Notes: generated from the sequence alone by a model not told the origin. 64,000 nucleotides of DNA from a virus (IMGVR_UViG_3300033075_000927:14404-78403), one strand, 5' to 3'. Counted from the first letter of the stretch, positions 17,968 to 27,774 are shown. A program made the numbers and translations.

Positions 17968-18143
17968 CACCAGCCTACTCCGTAACTAGCCAGAGCTACA
18001 GCTCACACTACATACAGTATCCGCTAGATGGCTGCGACGCGCAGGCGCTGGTGTATGCAGGCATACGAGAAGTGTTCTTGAAATCACCATTAAGATGGAC
18101 TTTACTACAATGGCACCAGCCCACTTCAGCCTCGGCTGTTTAA
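17964..18143 (+). CDS. micro-ORF A4 (59 aa, MTPAYSV...)
   Basis: GTGA overlap; same TGACACC start as A2 and A3. Confidence 0.5.
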   Translation: MTPAYSVTSQSYSSHYIQYPLDGCDAQALVYAGIREVFLKSPLRWTLLQWHQPTSASAV

Positions 18144-18249
18144 CTAATCCGCACTGCTTCCCTTACTTCATAGTCAAGGCTAAGAGGGTAGTCTGGGCCG
18201 CGCTAGACAGCATCCGACACAACACACCAACCAAAAGCCGCCTACTCTG

Positions 18250-20253
18250 ATGATCAAAACCTTAACACTCACCAACTTCCGCAAGCACCGAGACCTGCAT
18301 ATCGACTTTGCCCAGGGTCTTACGGTTCTGGCCGGGGACAACGAGGCAGGCAAGTCCTCCGTGCTGGAGGCCCTGCTCTACGCTTGGGGCGGCAGCCGAG
18401 CGCTGCCGCGCTCGCTGGATGCCACAGTCACCTATGGCCAGCCCGTCAGCAGCCTGAAGGTGCAGCTGACCTTCGAGGTTGGCGGCGTGCTGTACACCCT
18501 CACCCGCTCCAAGGCCGGCGCTGAGATGATGGGCGGCGGGGCACTATCGGTCGGCCAGACGGAGGTGACAGCGGCTGTCGAGCGGCTGCTGGGTGCCCCG
18601 GTGGCCACGCTGAGCCGGCTGCTGGTGGCCAGGCAAACTGACCTGAAGGGTGTGGCCGCCGAGGGCGCTGCAGCCGTCAAGCTGATCGAAGAGCTTGCCG
18701 AACTCGGCGCCATCGAAGACTTGGTCGAAAAGGTGCAGGCCCAGTTGCCATACGGCTCTACGAAGGCGGCGCTCGAAAAGCTCGAAGCTCTGCGCCAAGA
18801 ACGCGCCCCGGAGCTGCCCGACTTCTCGCCTGAGCTGAAGCAGGCCGAGCTGGAAGCTGCGCTGGCGGCAGCCGAGGCCAGCGAGGGGGCGGAACTTGAG
18901 CGCGAGGCGCTGGCCGAGTTGCTGGATGCCCAGGCGGCTGACATGGCACACCAGGCAGCCAAGTCTGAGCAGGCGCGGCTGCAAGCCATTCTGGCCCTGC
19001 CGCAGACCAAGCCCCTGGATCACTCTGCCACTCCTGTCGAGCAGATCATCGCTGCGCGGACGGAGCAGGCTCGGCAGGTAGAGCTGCGCAACGCTTGGGC
19101 GGCGTGGACCAACTTGGCCGTGGTCCCTGACCCAGGCCCGATGCCAGTAGTTGACCACGGCGCACCGGAAAAGCTGCAGGCGCAGCTGCGAAACCTTGGG
19201 TACTCACGCCCACAGATAGAGAGCCATTGCGAACATTGCGGCAGCCCGTTGGAACCGCCTACAGCTGAAATACTGGCCAGAGTGGCCGGAATTGACGCTG
19301 AGATGGCTAAGCTGCGAGCAGAGCACCAAGCAGCAGTGGCCGCAAGAGCTGAAGCCGTGGCTGCCCAGACTGCCTGGTGCTCTGCACAGGAGAACTGGAA
19401 AACCTACCTGCACAAGCTTTCGCTGCTCAGTCGCTACGTGCAGGACGGAGCCTGGGTCGGCGGCCCAGTCTCGTCAGAAGTGGACACCACCAACTACGAC
19501 GTGATGCTGAACAACGAGCTGCGCAAGCAGCGCGAGGCTGCTCAGATCGAAGAGCGCATCAAGCTGGAGTCGGTGCAGCGGGCCCAGGCCGAGAAAGATT
19601 TGGCACGGCTGGTTGTGCCCCCAGCCGTCACCGACCTGGACAACCTGTCGAAGCACGCGGCGCTGCGCAGCAGCCAGGCGCGAACCTTGGCCAAGGTCGC
19701 GCAGTCGGCTGCGGACGGGCTGCGAGCCAAGCAGGCGGCAGCCAGAGACCTGGAGACCCAGTACAAAGTACAGATGGCCACCTACCAAGCCGGGCAGGCG
19801 CAGTTGGCCGAACTGACGCGCACCGTCAGCGAGATGGACACGAACAATGCCCTGATCAAGAAGTTGCGCCAGGCCCGCCCCGTGCTGGCGGCGAAGTTGT
19901 GGGCCGGCCTGCTGGCGGCCATCAGCCGCACGTTCAGCGAGCTGCGCGGTGTGCCTTCGGTGGTGGGCCGGTCTGCCGATGGGTTCGAGGTGGACGGCAA
20001 GCCTGCCTCCGACCTGAGCGGATCGACACTTGACATCTTGGGACTTGCCGTTCGCATCAGCCTGATGCGAGCATTTCTGCCTGGTGTCGGCCTGCTGATT
20101 CTGGATGAGCCGGCTGCGGCTATGGATGCAGCCCGCGAGGAGCGGCTGCTGGCAGCACTTGCCACACTCGACTTCGGCCAGGTCTTGATGGTTTCACACG
20201 GCGACACTGCGAAAGCTGTTGCCGGTAGCGTAATTTTGTTACAAGGAGTCTGA
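18250..20253 (+). CDS. SbcC/Rad50-like SMC ATPase
   Basis: Walker A GDNEAGKSS, coiled coil with HCEHCG zinc hook, signature LSGST, Walker B LILDEP, H-loop VSH. Confidence 0.92.
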   Translation: MIKTLTLTNFRKHRDLHIDFAQGLTVLAGDNEAGKSSVLEALLYAWGGSRALPRSLDATVTYGQPVSSLKVQLTFEVGGVLYTLTRSKAGAEMMGGGALSVGQTEVTAAVERLLGAPVATLSRLLVARQTDLKGVAAEGAAAVKLIEELAELGAIEDLVEKVQAQLPYGSTKAALEKLEALRQERAPELPDFSPELKQAELEAALAAAEASEGAELEREALAELLDAQAADMAHQAAKSEQARLQAILALPQTKPLDHSATPVEQIIAARTEQARQVELRNAWAAWTNLAVVPDPGPMPVVDHGAPEKLQAQLRNLGYSRPQIESHCEHCGSPLEPPTAEILARVAGIDAEMAKLRAEHQAAVAARAEAVAAQTAWCSAQENWKTYLHKLSLLSRYVQDGAWVGGPVSSEVDTTNYDVMLNNELRKQREAAQIEERIKLESVQRAQAEKDLARLVVPPAVTDLDNLSKHAALRSSQARTLAKVAQSAADGLRAKQAAARDLETQYKVQMATYQAGQAQLAELTRTVSEMDTNNALIKKLRQARPVLAAKLWAGLLAAISRTFSELRGVPSVVGRSADGFEVDGKPASDLSGSTLDILGLAVRISLMRAFLPGVGLLILDEPAAAMDAAREERLLAALATLDFGQVLMVSHGDTAKAVAGSVILLQGV

Positions 20254-20254
20254 G

Positions 20255-20422
20255 ATGTCGTGCGAAAACTGCAACTACGACTGTGACCAAGGTCGCAGGT
20301 GTTCTGGCCGTGTGCTGGGCGGCCCCTGGTACGGGTTGGTCGCAGCTGTGGCCATCACCTTCTTCATTGGCTGGGTTCTGGCTCCGCTGGTGGCGCGGGC
20401 GCTGACTGGGTGGCGGGTGTAG
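20255..20422 (+). CDS. small Cys-rich membrane protein (55 aa)
   Basis: RBS aaggag; MSCENCNYDCDQGRRC followed by a TM segment; translated by hand. Confidence 0.6.
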   Translation: MSCENCNYDCDQGRRCSGRVLGGPWYGLVAAVAITFFIGWVLAPLVARALTGWRV

Positions 20423-20867
20423 GCCAGGCCTCTTTCAAGGTTTGGACGTCGTTCGCGTGGCCCTGAGCAAGGCTCTCCATTCGGACAACTTCAGTTGCAC
20501 AGTCTCCGAATACGGTTTCGAGGGCAGAGGTGTAGTCAGCTCCGGGGCTGACGGGATCACCGGGCAAGGACTCCCGTTCGGCTCGATAACGGGCAAGGTC
20601 GCTCCGCAGCCCGTCAACATCACGCTCAAGAGCAGAATTTTGGCTCTGCCAAAATCGCTGGCGCTGGGCTGCGGTACGCGAAGCTGCATCTTTTTGACTT
20701 TGGAGACGGGTGGTTTCGGCATTTGCATTCTCCAGGGCGCGAAAATCGCGCTTCAGGTGATCGGTTGACAGGCTGGCCAAGGCCAACTCATATTTTTGGG
20801 CTTGGTACTTCCACACCCCGCCGCCAGCCAGCAAGGCCGAGATCAGACACAGAATCAGGTAGGGCAT
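20364..20867 (-). CDS. Rz-like i-spanin
   Basis: N-terminal TM, coiled coil, follows the endolysin, contains an embedded lipoprotein ORF. Confidence 0.8.
   Translation of the reverse strand: MPYLILCLISALLAGGGVWKYQAQKYELALASLSTDHLKRDFRALENANAETTRLQSQKDAASRTAAQRQRFWQSQNSALERDVDGLRSDLARYRAERESLPGDPVSPGADYTSALETVFGDCATEVVRMESLAQGHANDVQTLKEAWPTPATQSAPAPPAEPEPSQ
20435..20689 (-). CDS. Rz1-like o-spanin embedded in Rz
   Basis: Alternate frame; lipobox LLLSVMLTGC followed by a Pro-rich segment. Confidence 0.75.
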   Translation of the reverse strand: MQLRVPQPSASDFGRAKILLLSVMLTGCGATLPVIEPNGSPCPVIPSAPELTTPLPSKPYSETVQLKLSEWRALLRATRTTSKP

Positions 20868-21064
20868 GCTGCTCTCCTGGCCGACGAATCGTCGGCATCC
20901 TCCACCTCATCGGGTGCCGGCTTCGGGGCTGGCGGCACGAATACCGACTTCTCACGCGCCCGGCGCGAGCGGGCTCTGGACTCAGCCGGGTCGAGGAGGG
21001 CCACCAGCTCTCCAGTGTCAGTTTGTCTCAGTCCAAGTTGTTGCGCCCAGTGCGATGTGTTCAT
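20855..21064 (-). CDS. hypothetical protein in lysis cassette
   Basis: ATG 21064 immediately after the endolysin stop. Confidence 0.5.
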   Translation of the reverse strand: MNTSHWAQQLGLRQTDTGELVALLDPAESRARSRRAREKSVFVPPAPKPAPDEVEDADDSSARRAACPT

Positions 21065-21066
21065 GC

Positions 21067-21564
21067 TCAGGCCTCCGACTTGCTGAACTCGCCTGGCTCT
21101 GCCACGGCAACCTGGGCCAACCCTTCGCCGGCAGGTGCTCGCCAAAACTTGACGCGCTGGGTCGGGAACCAGCTCTCGCGCACAGCGTCACCCTGGTTGC
21201 CTCCCAGCAGCCTGACGGACTTGCCGTCGCGGCTGATGCCGGTCACGATGGCAACGTGGCCACCGCCTTCACGGGTCAGCACGGCCACACAGCCCTGAGC
21301 CGGGTAATTCAGCGGCTCGCCCCAAGTGGCCCAGGCCAGCGCTGAGCTGTATTTGGCGGGGAACGGCAGGCCGGCCTCCTTGCAGACTCTGGCCGCGAAC
21401 GCCCCACACCAAGGAAGCTTGGAATCGTCTTGCCCGTACTCGCCCCAGAACCACTTGCCACCGGGCAGCGAGAGCCAAGTGTCCTTGATCCAGGCATTCA
21501 CGCCTGGGCCGGGCACCTCGCGCTGGCCAATGTAAAGCATGGCGACTTTGATGAGTTTACTCAT
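21067..21564 (-). CDS. endolysin, TIGR02594 family (NlpC/P60-CHAP-like)
   Basis: DD..PWCGAF, GCVAVL.R.GGGHV, LLGGNQGDAV. Confidence 0.88.
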   Translation of the reverse strand: MSKLIKVAMLYIGQREVPGPGVNAWIKDTWLSLPGGKWFWGEYGQDDSKLPWCGAFAARVCKEAGLPFPAKYSSALAWATWGEPLNYPAQGCVAVLTREGGGHVAIVTGISRDGKSVRLLGGNQGDAVRESWFPTQRVKFWRAPAGEGLAQVAVAEPGEFSKSEA

Positions 21565-21817
21565 GGCGCAGTACCCTTCTGTGATGGCGGAATTTGATGG
21601 CGTTCTTGGCAGTGCCAACCGCGTACACAGCGACACCCACGGCAAGGATGGTGACCGGCCTCTCCGGGCACGGGCTGTCGCTGAGCAGTGACAATGTGCT
21701 GCCCATGCAGGCGGCTGACAGCCCAACCCGCTGAAGCAGGTTGTCGGAGAATTCTGGATGCAGCACGCCGACCAGGGCCAGCACCGCTGTAGTGGCTAAG
21801 GCAAAGTCGAACATCAT
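21557..21817 (-). CDS. putative holin/antiholin (3 TM)
   Basis: Three hydrophobic segments, basic C-terminus, directly upstream of the endolysin. Confidence 0.6.
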   Translation of the reverse strand: MMFDFALATTAVLALVGVLHPEFSDNLLQRVGLSAACMGSTLSLLSDSPCPERPVTILAVGVAVYAVGTAKNAIKFRHHRRVLRHE

Positions 21818-22116
21818 GCACCCCACTTCCGCTTAATAGCCTCTACAATGTCACCGGCCTGTGTGGCCTGTATCACCTCATAGCACTTGGCCATGATAGC
21901 CATTCCGAATAGACCGACAAGAAAGCCGATTAGGCCTTCGGCGTCGGGCTTGCCTACCCACAGCGCGGTCGGAGTGGAGCCGTAGTAGCTTAAAGCAGCA
22001 CCACCCACGCACATGCTGGCCCGTTCAAACAGTGAGCCCTTGACGAAGCGCAGGCTCACGACAGAGCCAAGCACCCCGGCAAGTATTTTGGCGGTCGGCA
22101 AATCAGGCTCAGCCAT
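21814..22116 (-). CDS. putative holin
   Basis: AGVLGSVVSL...GGAALSYYG...LIGFLVGLFGM; basic C-terminus. Confidence 0.7.
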   Translation of the reverse strand: MAEPDLPTAKILAGVLGSVVSLRFVKGSLFERASMCVGGAALSYYGSTPTALWVGKPDAEGLIGFLVGLFGMAIMAKCYEVIQATQAGDIVEAIKRKWGA

Positions 22117-22609
22117 TCTCAGCGCTCCAAGGAATACCGAACTCGTCGGCAGCCAGTACCCGAAATCCAGGCTGCTGCTCGGCCCACTTGTACAGGTCAC
22201 CAGGAGACGTGTGCCAGGCGTCAGCAAGCTTGAACGCCTTGGCTATCACCTCGCTACAGAAATCCCAAGGTGTACTGACACGAAACGGCAACAAGAAGCT
22301 CAGCAAGTCTGGCCACCCGTATGGGGTGCCTATCCGGCTTCTGATGTAGGCGACGGCCTCAGACGAGTCGCCGTCGAACTCCACAATCACCCAGCGCTCA
22401 GGGGCAAGTGCCCGCCACGCAGCCCGCACACCCTTGTCGCGTAGCGAGGACGACAACACCTCAGACCAGGCAGGCCACATGCTGGCCACCAGTTCGACGT
22501 GCGAGAACTGACTGCCGGTGACCCAGCAGATCAGCCAGTCCCCGATCAAGGACTTGCGGTTCTCGGACTTGCGGCCCTTGTAGAAAGCCAGTCTGGTCTT
22601 CTTAGTCAT
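22109..22609 (-). CDS. permuted papain-like amidase (YaeF/YiiX, C92-like)
   Basis: SQFSHVEL...IGTPYGW...FCSEV...SPGDL (His before Cys). Confidence 0.8.
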   Translation of the reverse strand: MTKKTRLAFYKGRKSENRKSLIGDWLICWVTGSQFSHVELVASMWPAWSEVLSSSLRDKGVRAAWRALAPERWVIVEFDGDSSEAVAYIRSRIGTPYGWPDLLSFLLPFRVSTPWDFCSEVIAKAFKLADAWHTSPGDLYKWAEQQPGFRVLAADEFGIPWSAENG

Positions 22610-23127
22610 AGCTTGCTCGCAGTGATAAAGAGTTGATCAAGTTGAGCAGAGGTCATGCCCAGTGCGGTGGCCAAGCCTATTAGGGCTGGGCGGTAGCGGT
22701 CAAACTCGTTGCTGTCGTCCCACTCGATTTGAACCATAGCCCGCATGGCGGCGTTGGGTATCGCATCAATCGCTGGCTGAACCTGGCTCAGCAGCCCAGC
22801 CAGCAGCAACGCCTGTCGAGCTTGGCGACGGGTCACGCTGGCTGGAGCAGGTGGGGGCGGGCTCAGGTCAGCGGTCTCCAGTGCGAGCAGGAAGTCTGCC
22901 TCCGCGCCGAACGTGTAGAACACGGTTTCCTGCCCACCGAAGACGCGCCGGGGCGTAGCCGGGGTGACTTTGTACGCATCCCAGCCCGCGATGGGCCAGG
23001 GCGCATTGACATGCCAGCCTGGCAGCTCGGCTGCTGGTGTGGTCTCGGTTGGCTGAGCGAACAGCTTGCCGATCACGTCCAGCGGGCCGAGGTCTCGGGG
23101 CGGTTGTGTGATGATTTCGTCGCTCAT
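22606..23127 (-). CDS. tail fibre assembly/chaperone-like protein
   Basis: GWHVN...VTPATPRRVF plus SVTRRQARQALL...EW...LG.T..QLD.LF..A; follows the tail fibre. Confidence 0.7.
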   Translation of the reverse strand: MSDEIITQPPRDLGPLDVIGKLFAQPTETTPAAELPGWHVNAPWPIAGWDAYKVTPATPRRVFGGQETVFYTFGAEADFLLALETADLSPPPPAPASVTRRQARQALLLAGLLSQVQPAIDAIPNAAMRAMVQIEWDDSNEFDRYRPALIGLATALGMTSAQLDQLFITASKL

Positions 23128-25385
23128 TGCAGCACTCCTGGAGTTGTGATCGCGGACAGTTCGGCACTGGTCATGGCGCGTGGGTATAGCTCGGTGCGCT
23201 GGATAAGGCCTGCCCAGGTTGATGACCCGAGGCGGTTGACGGGTGGCATCGTGCCCACGGTGTCCAGCGTGCTCAGCGTGCCGTTTGTGGCGAGCTGCAT
23301 GCTGTTGGTGGTGTATGCGTAAGCGGTTGTAGCTGGGGTGACCGAGAACGCACTGGCCACGGCTGATGCTTGGGTAGTGCCCGCATTGACCGTGGAGCCG
23401 GTGGCAGCGCCGGTTGACGCTGCGCTGCTGATGGCGTGGCGGAAATTCGATGACCCGGAAAAGTCCAGCGCGGCAGCTACTCTGGCCGCTGACCACACCG
23501 CATCCTCAACACTGGCTCGCACCAGCAGCGTGCCCTCGGCTGGGCTGATGATTGCGGTGGTTGAGTAAGTCCAGGTCTGTGCGCCGCGAGTCACGGCGGC
23601 GGTGGTGGTTGGGATGTAGGGCAGCAGAATATCGCCAGCAGCTACATGCACGCGGGTGGCGAGGATGGCTGCGCCTGAAGGGCCAATCCCGAAGCTGGAG
23701 GGGTAAATATAAAGCCCGATTGAGGTCGTGCCGACTGGAACCTGCGCTGTAATGCGAATCAGCGTGGGCACCGTGGTTGACAGCCCGGCTATGTCGATAT
23801 TACCTTGGGCAGTCGCCGAAACACTACCCGGCCCAGATATGACGACAGCCGACTGTGTAGGCCACGTGCCACCAGTCACATTCCTGATACCTACCATCCC
23901 AGTTGTACATCCTGACCACTGGTCGCCCATTAGCGCGATAGTCGCTGTATACGCTGTTATTGCTGTCAGCGCCGCAAATGAGACTGCTTGCAGTGCCGCT
24001 GCGTAGCTTGTAGAGTCTGTACGAGCAATTCTCCAAAACGGAGCACTGGCTGCCCAGAGACGCTTGGTAACTGCAACACTAACCATAGATTTCGACCAGC
24101 TTGCATGCCCCAAGTTCTGCGACTGCAAAATCAAGTTGGTGTCAGCAGGGTACTGCAACAGACCAACGCACTCACCACGGCTGTTGTGCTGGTACGCCAA
24201 CTCGTTCGCAGCAGCCGTCAGCAGCGGGTTGGCGTACTGCGTGATCGGCACGTCAGTAGTCGGCACGTAGTCGCCATCAAAATTGTGTTGCAACTGAGCT
24301 GCGTAGACCTCGATGCCGGAGGTGCCGTCTCCGGTGTAGCTGGCCCCGGTCGCGCTGAGCGTGGCACCGCTATCTGGGTAACCAATAATCGTCGGCTCCC
24401 AGTCTGTGCCCGCTGCTGCACTGGTCATCACGAGATTGCACCAGTACAGCCCGCCGCCCAGCGTGTGAGCCTCGACAGAGTGACTGGTGTAGCCAGCACC
24501 AAACGTGCTGGCAATTGTGGTGCCCGCAGTCAAATCAAACGCGGCGGCTGCACGGCCAGTTGTGCGATCCGCAATGATAGCTTTGGTGTACGTCGCCGCT
24601 TTGCACAGAAACCGCACGCGGTATGTCTGGCTGCCGAGGTTTGTACTGGTAGTCAGCTCCCCCAGGGCGTGCTGCCCAGCTCCGGCAGCTGCGATGACCG
24701 TTGAGCCTACAAGCCCGCTCTCGTCAGTCACCGCCGCAGGTGCAACCAGGCCGGTCTTTACCCAGCTTGCATGGCCGAAATCGGCGCTCCGCACAAACAA
24801 GTTCTCAGCCACTTTCACCGGCACCGGCCCAAAGTATGTCATCTCTCCGGCCCGCGAAACCGTCCAACCAGCAGCCGTCAGCGCGGCGGCAGTGGGTTTT
24901 TTCGTCCAGTCAACCGACAGTGATGGCGTAATTGCTGGGCGCTGGGTCACTGCACTGATCAAGGTGGTGGCAGCTGCGGTTGCGGCAGTGCCTGCTGACG
25001 TTGCCGAGGTGGCAGCGGAGGTGGCGGATGCAGCGGCTGCGCTGGCGGATGTGGCAGCAGCACCTGCTGAAGTCGCGGATGCTGTGGCCTGCGAAGATGC
25101 AGTCGCCACATGGGCAGCCGCCAGCGCAACTTGGGCCGCGCCTGCGGCTGTGGTCAAACCAACCTGGTCAGCGGCTGACGACGCACTGCTGGCAGCCGCA
25201 CCCGCCGAGGCCGATGCCTCTCCAGCCTTGGTCACCGTGTTCGCTGCCACGGCTACCACCTGCGCAAGTGCTGGGACAAACCTCGTTCGGTGGCCGCCAC
25301 CGTCAAGTCCGGTGGTCGCGTTGGAGTCGTCGGTGACGGTCGAGCCGTCACCACCCACTGAAGGGGAGAATGTTACGCTGCTCAC
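23124..25385 (-). CDS. tail fibre / receptor-binding protein
   Basis: Ala/Thr/Ser-rich N-terminus, two NL.(R/Q)S carbohydrate-binding-like modules, C-terminal ELYPRAMTSAEL. Confidence 0.8.
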   Translation of the reverse strand: MSSVTFSPSVGGDGSTVTDDSNATTGLDGGGHRTRFVPALAQVVAVAANTVTKAGEASASAGAAASSASSAADQVGLTTAAGAAQVALAAAHVATASSQATASATSAGAAATSASAAAASATSAATSATSAGTAATAAATTLISAVTQRPAITPSLSVDWTKKPTAAALTAAGWTVSRAGEMTYFGPVPVKVAENLFVRSADFGHASWVKTGLVAPAAVTDESGLVGSTVIAAAGAGQHALGELTTSTNLGSQTYRVRFLCKAATYTKAIIADRTTGRAAAAFDLTAGTTIASTFGAGYTSHSVEAHTLGGGLYWCNLVMTSAAAGTDWEPTIIGYPDSGATLSATGASYTGDGTSGIEVYAAQLQHNFDGDYVPTTDVPITQYANPLLTAAANELAYQHNSRGECVGLLQYPADTNLILQSQNLGHASWSKSMVSVAVTKRLWAASAPFWRIARTDSTSYAAALQAVSFAALTAITAYTATIALMGDQWSGCTTGMVGIRNVTGGTWPTQSAVVISGPGSVSATAQGNIDIAGLSTTVPTLIRITAQVPVGTTSIGLYIYPSSFGIGPSGAAILATRVHVAAGDILLPYIPTTTAAVTRGAQTWTYSTTAIISPAEGTLLVRASVEDAVWSAARVAAALDFSGSSNFRHAISSAASTGAATGSTVNAGTTQASAVASAFSVTPATTAYAYTTNSMQLATNGTLSTLDTVGTMPPVNRLGSSTWAGLIQRTELYPRAMTSAELSAITTPGVLQ

Positions 25386-26236
25386 AGCAATTCCTTTACG
25401 GTGAATGAGGTCTGGTGGGCCTCAAAATATGGTTGGTCGAGTGGGCTCAGCTCCTGCAGACGACCGAGAAATGAGCGCCTAATCAGATGCTGCACATCCG
25501 CCTGATCCCAGACGAACAGCACCTCCTTGTCGATACCGGCAACGCGTTGCATATCGAATGCACGCATCATGGCCTCGTAAGTGCTCATGTTCTCAAGTCT
25601 GAAATTAGCGACGCGAAACGGTGCCTTATAGTCGAAATACTCTGTCCCGTCCCAGGCTTCTTCCACCTCAGTGCGGCTGTTGTAGCCTAACCCAGCACCG
25701 TAGCTCATATTCAGGGTCGGTACCCAGGCCTCTGACAGAAACATGCGACCTATCTCCACGTACCCTGCCGGGTTGGTGGAGTCGAAAACCTCTACCTTCC
25801 AGTAGCGGGCATAGGTAGTCGAAGTAAGGATGTGAATGGCGTTCCAGTAGAAGCCGGCCAAGTCCTCTGCGTCAGGCTTCCCGTTCCAGAAGTTGTCGTC
25901 TTGCCACTCAAGCTGGAGTGAGTCAAGCGGTGGCCAGACTTCCAGTGTCCCGCTGTCGTAGGCCAGGTTCGTGAGCCCGGCATCGAGGTATCCGCGCAGG
26001 CGCCAGGTTGCGTTGGCGGAGAAGTTGTGGCGGCAAAGGGACACCACGCTGATCGAGTAGCCCTTGTCCAAGGCTGCCACAAACTGAGTGGCAGATGTGC
26101 TGGCTGAGGACGACCGACCCACCTTGCTCAGGCGACGGTCTTTCAGGTTGTTGAGCGGCAACGTGCTTGCCCAGGTGCCGCCTGCCAAGGTGGCACCGTC
26201 TACCCGGTTACGGTAAGCAAGCAGCGCATTTGCCAA
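25382..26236 (-). CDS. minor tail (distal tail-like) protein
   Basis: RYW.VE..D..NPAGYVEIGR.F; position in the tail module. Confidence 0.7.
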   Translation of the reverse strand: MANALLAYRNRVDGATLAGGTWASTLPLNNLKDRRLSKVGRSSSASTSATQFVAALDKGYSISVVSLCRHNFSANATWRLRGYLDAGLTNLAYDSGTLEVWPPLDSLQLEWQDDNFWNGKPDAEDLAGFYWNAIHILTSTTYARYWKVEVFDSTNPAGYVEIGRMFLSEAWVPTLNMSYGAGLGYNSRTEVEEAWDGTEYFDYKAPFRVANFRLENMSTYEAMMRAFDMQRVAGIDKEVLFVWDQADVQHLIRRSFLGRLQELSPLDQPYFEAHQTSFTVKELL

Positions 26237-26238
26237 GT

Positions 26239-27774
26239 TCAGCCCCAGAGTGAGAGTTCGGCTCGCTTTGACCGGAGGTCTAAAGTCAAGCCCGTGATGA
26301 GCAGCAGTTTACCTGCCTGCAACCCGAAGCGAGGGAAGGTAACGCGGACGACCTGTCCAATATCGAGGGTTGTGGCAAGTTCCGACTCCCAGCGGACGGT
26401 GGCGGTGTACGTGCGGCGCTGGATTTTGAATAGGCTCAGCAGGCGGCTGGCTTCTGCCTGCGCATCCGACTCGGAGGTCAGTGCGGTCGTCCTTTGAAGC
26501 TCTCTGGCATTGGGGTATATGCTCTGGGTGTCTGAGTCGGTGGCCACCGCTGTCCGATACTCCTGCGCCAACTCACCGCGCCGAGCGATGGTCACGCTGC
26601 CAGCGATGTCACCGTCAGTTTGCACCGTGTAGAGCTTCTTCCACAGCACGCTCACCTTCCAGGTTGGTAAGCCGTTCAGCTCGTCGCTGGCTGTGACCTG
26701 CTCCAGCGTCACGATATTGGACGGGCCAAATTCAATGACAGCTGAACCTGTCGGTGCCGCCACGCGAGCGCAGCGCAGCACCCCTGCCTGATCGAACCCG
26801 TACCACGCACCAAGTGACTGGGCCACCTCGTCCAGCAGTTGCAGCGCAGTGGTGCCAGACCCAGCCTCAGTGCTCGAATCCTGAAAGTAGAGGCCGCCCA
26901 AGGCTGGGTTGGCAGCCTTCAGGGCTGCGATGTCTGAGCTGCTCATCGTCACACCTGCGTCGGTGGCGATAGCGCCCAGTATTTCAGCCAGATATTCGCT
27001 GCCGGCTGTCGCATCGCAGGTTACCGTGCCGACGTGATTTGACCCAAGTCTGAACAGGCCTATCGCCGCGCAGGTGCTATAGGAGCCGCTGGGGACTGTA
27101 GCAGCTTCAAGCGCAGCCAAGTTTGCGTAGTCGTCGTGAAACGTCAGAGCAACCGCCTTGTCGTATACGGCCTGAATAGAGGCTGAACCTGAGTTCATCT
27201 GGAACATTAGCAGACTAGAGTTGACCACAGGAGGGCTTACATTAAACACCTTCCCATACATCCTAGGCTTACGCTGCCCCTTTAGGTCGTCTGCGGTGCC
27301 CTCTGCCCCGTTTGGCAGTGCGTTGCTGCCTGCGAATACTGGCAGCGGCAGTGGGTTGCTAAGTTTTTCTTGGTTGTCCTTCACTCTCAGTGTCACAGAT
27401 CTAAGCGTGACCTCGGCCTGTTCAACAGTGGCCCGCAGCACCAGTGCAAACGTAGAGTACGCAGCCGACTGCTCGCCTACCAGGATTCGGATCGACCGGC
27501 CAAAAGACTTGTCCATCAGGAAGTCTAGGCCCCCGTCAGGATTGGCAAGCACCACCTCTCCGTAGCCCACCTGGGTGCTGCCGAACGCTGCCCCGCCAGA
27601 GAACAGGTCTCTGCGGACCAGCCCAGGCTGCTGCACACGGGGTTCGTAGTAGGTGTTGGCCGGAGAGTCCGCTGGTGTCGTTGTGTAGCCGGCTGTGGCG
27701 TAGCGGTAAACCTCCTCCGCAGCGCCCACGGCTTGATCGGTCACTGTGACTTCGATCAGGTAGATTGTGCTCAT
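26239..27774 (-). CDS. minor tail / hub protein
   Basis: GQRKPRMYGKVFNVSP; immediately downstream of the TMP gene. Confidence 0.7.
   Translation of the reverse strand: MSTIYLIEVTVTDQAVGAAEEVYRYATAGYTTTPADSPANTYYEPRVQQPGLVRRDLFSGGAAFGSTQVGYGEVVLANPDGGLDFLMDKSFGRSIRILVGEQSAAYSTFALVLRATVEQAEVTLRSVTLRVKDNQEKLSNPLPLPVFAGSNALPNGAEGTADDLKGQRKPRMYGKVFNVSPPVVNSSLLMFQMNSGSASIQAVYDKAVALTFHDDYANLAALEAATVPSGSYSTCAAIGLFRLGSNHVGTVTCDATAGSEYLAEILGAIATDAGVTMSSSDIAALKAANPALGGLYFQDSSTEAGSGTTALQLLDEVAQSLGAWYGFDQAGVLRCARVAAPTGSAVIEFGPSNIVTLEQVTASDELNGLPTWKVSVLWKKLYTVQTDGDIAGSVTIARRGELAQEYRTAVATDSDTQSIYPNARELQRTTALTSESDAQAEASRLLSLFKIQRRTYTATVRWESELATTLDIGQVVRVTFPRFGLQAGKLLLITGLTLDLRSKRAELSLWG

Noticed and set aside
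13288-18225. Shared CCGACACAAC upstream of ligase (13288) and sbcC (about 18214)
   Set aside because: Only 10 bp within AC-rich unstructured leaders and two occurrences; not distinguishable from chance without relatives.
23124-25385. Diversity-generating retroelement targeting the tail fibre
   Set aside because: No reverse transcriptase and no template/variable repeat pair differing at adenines found in the window.
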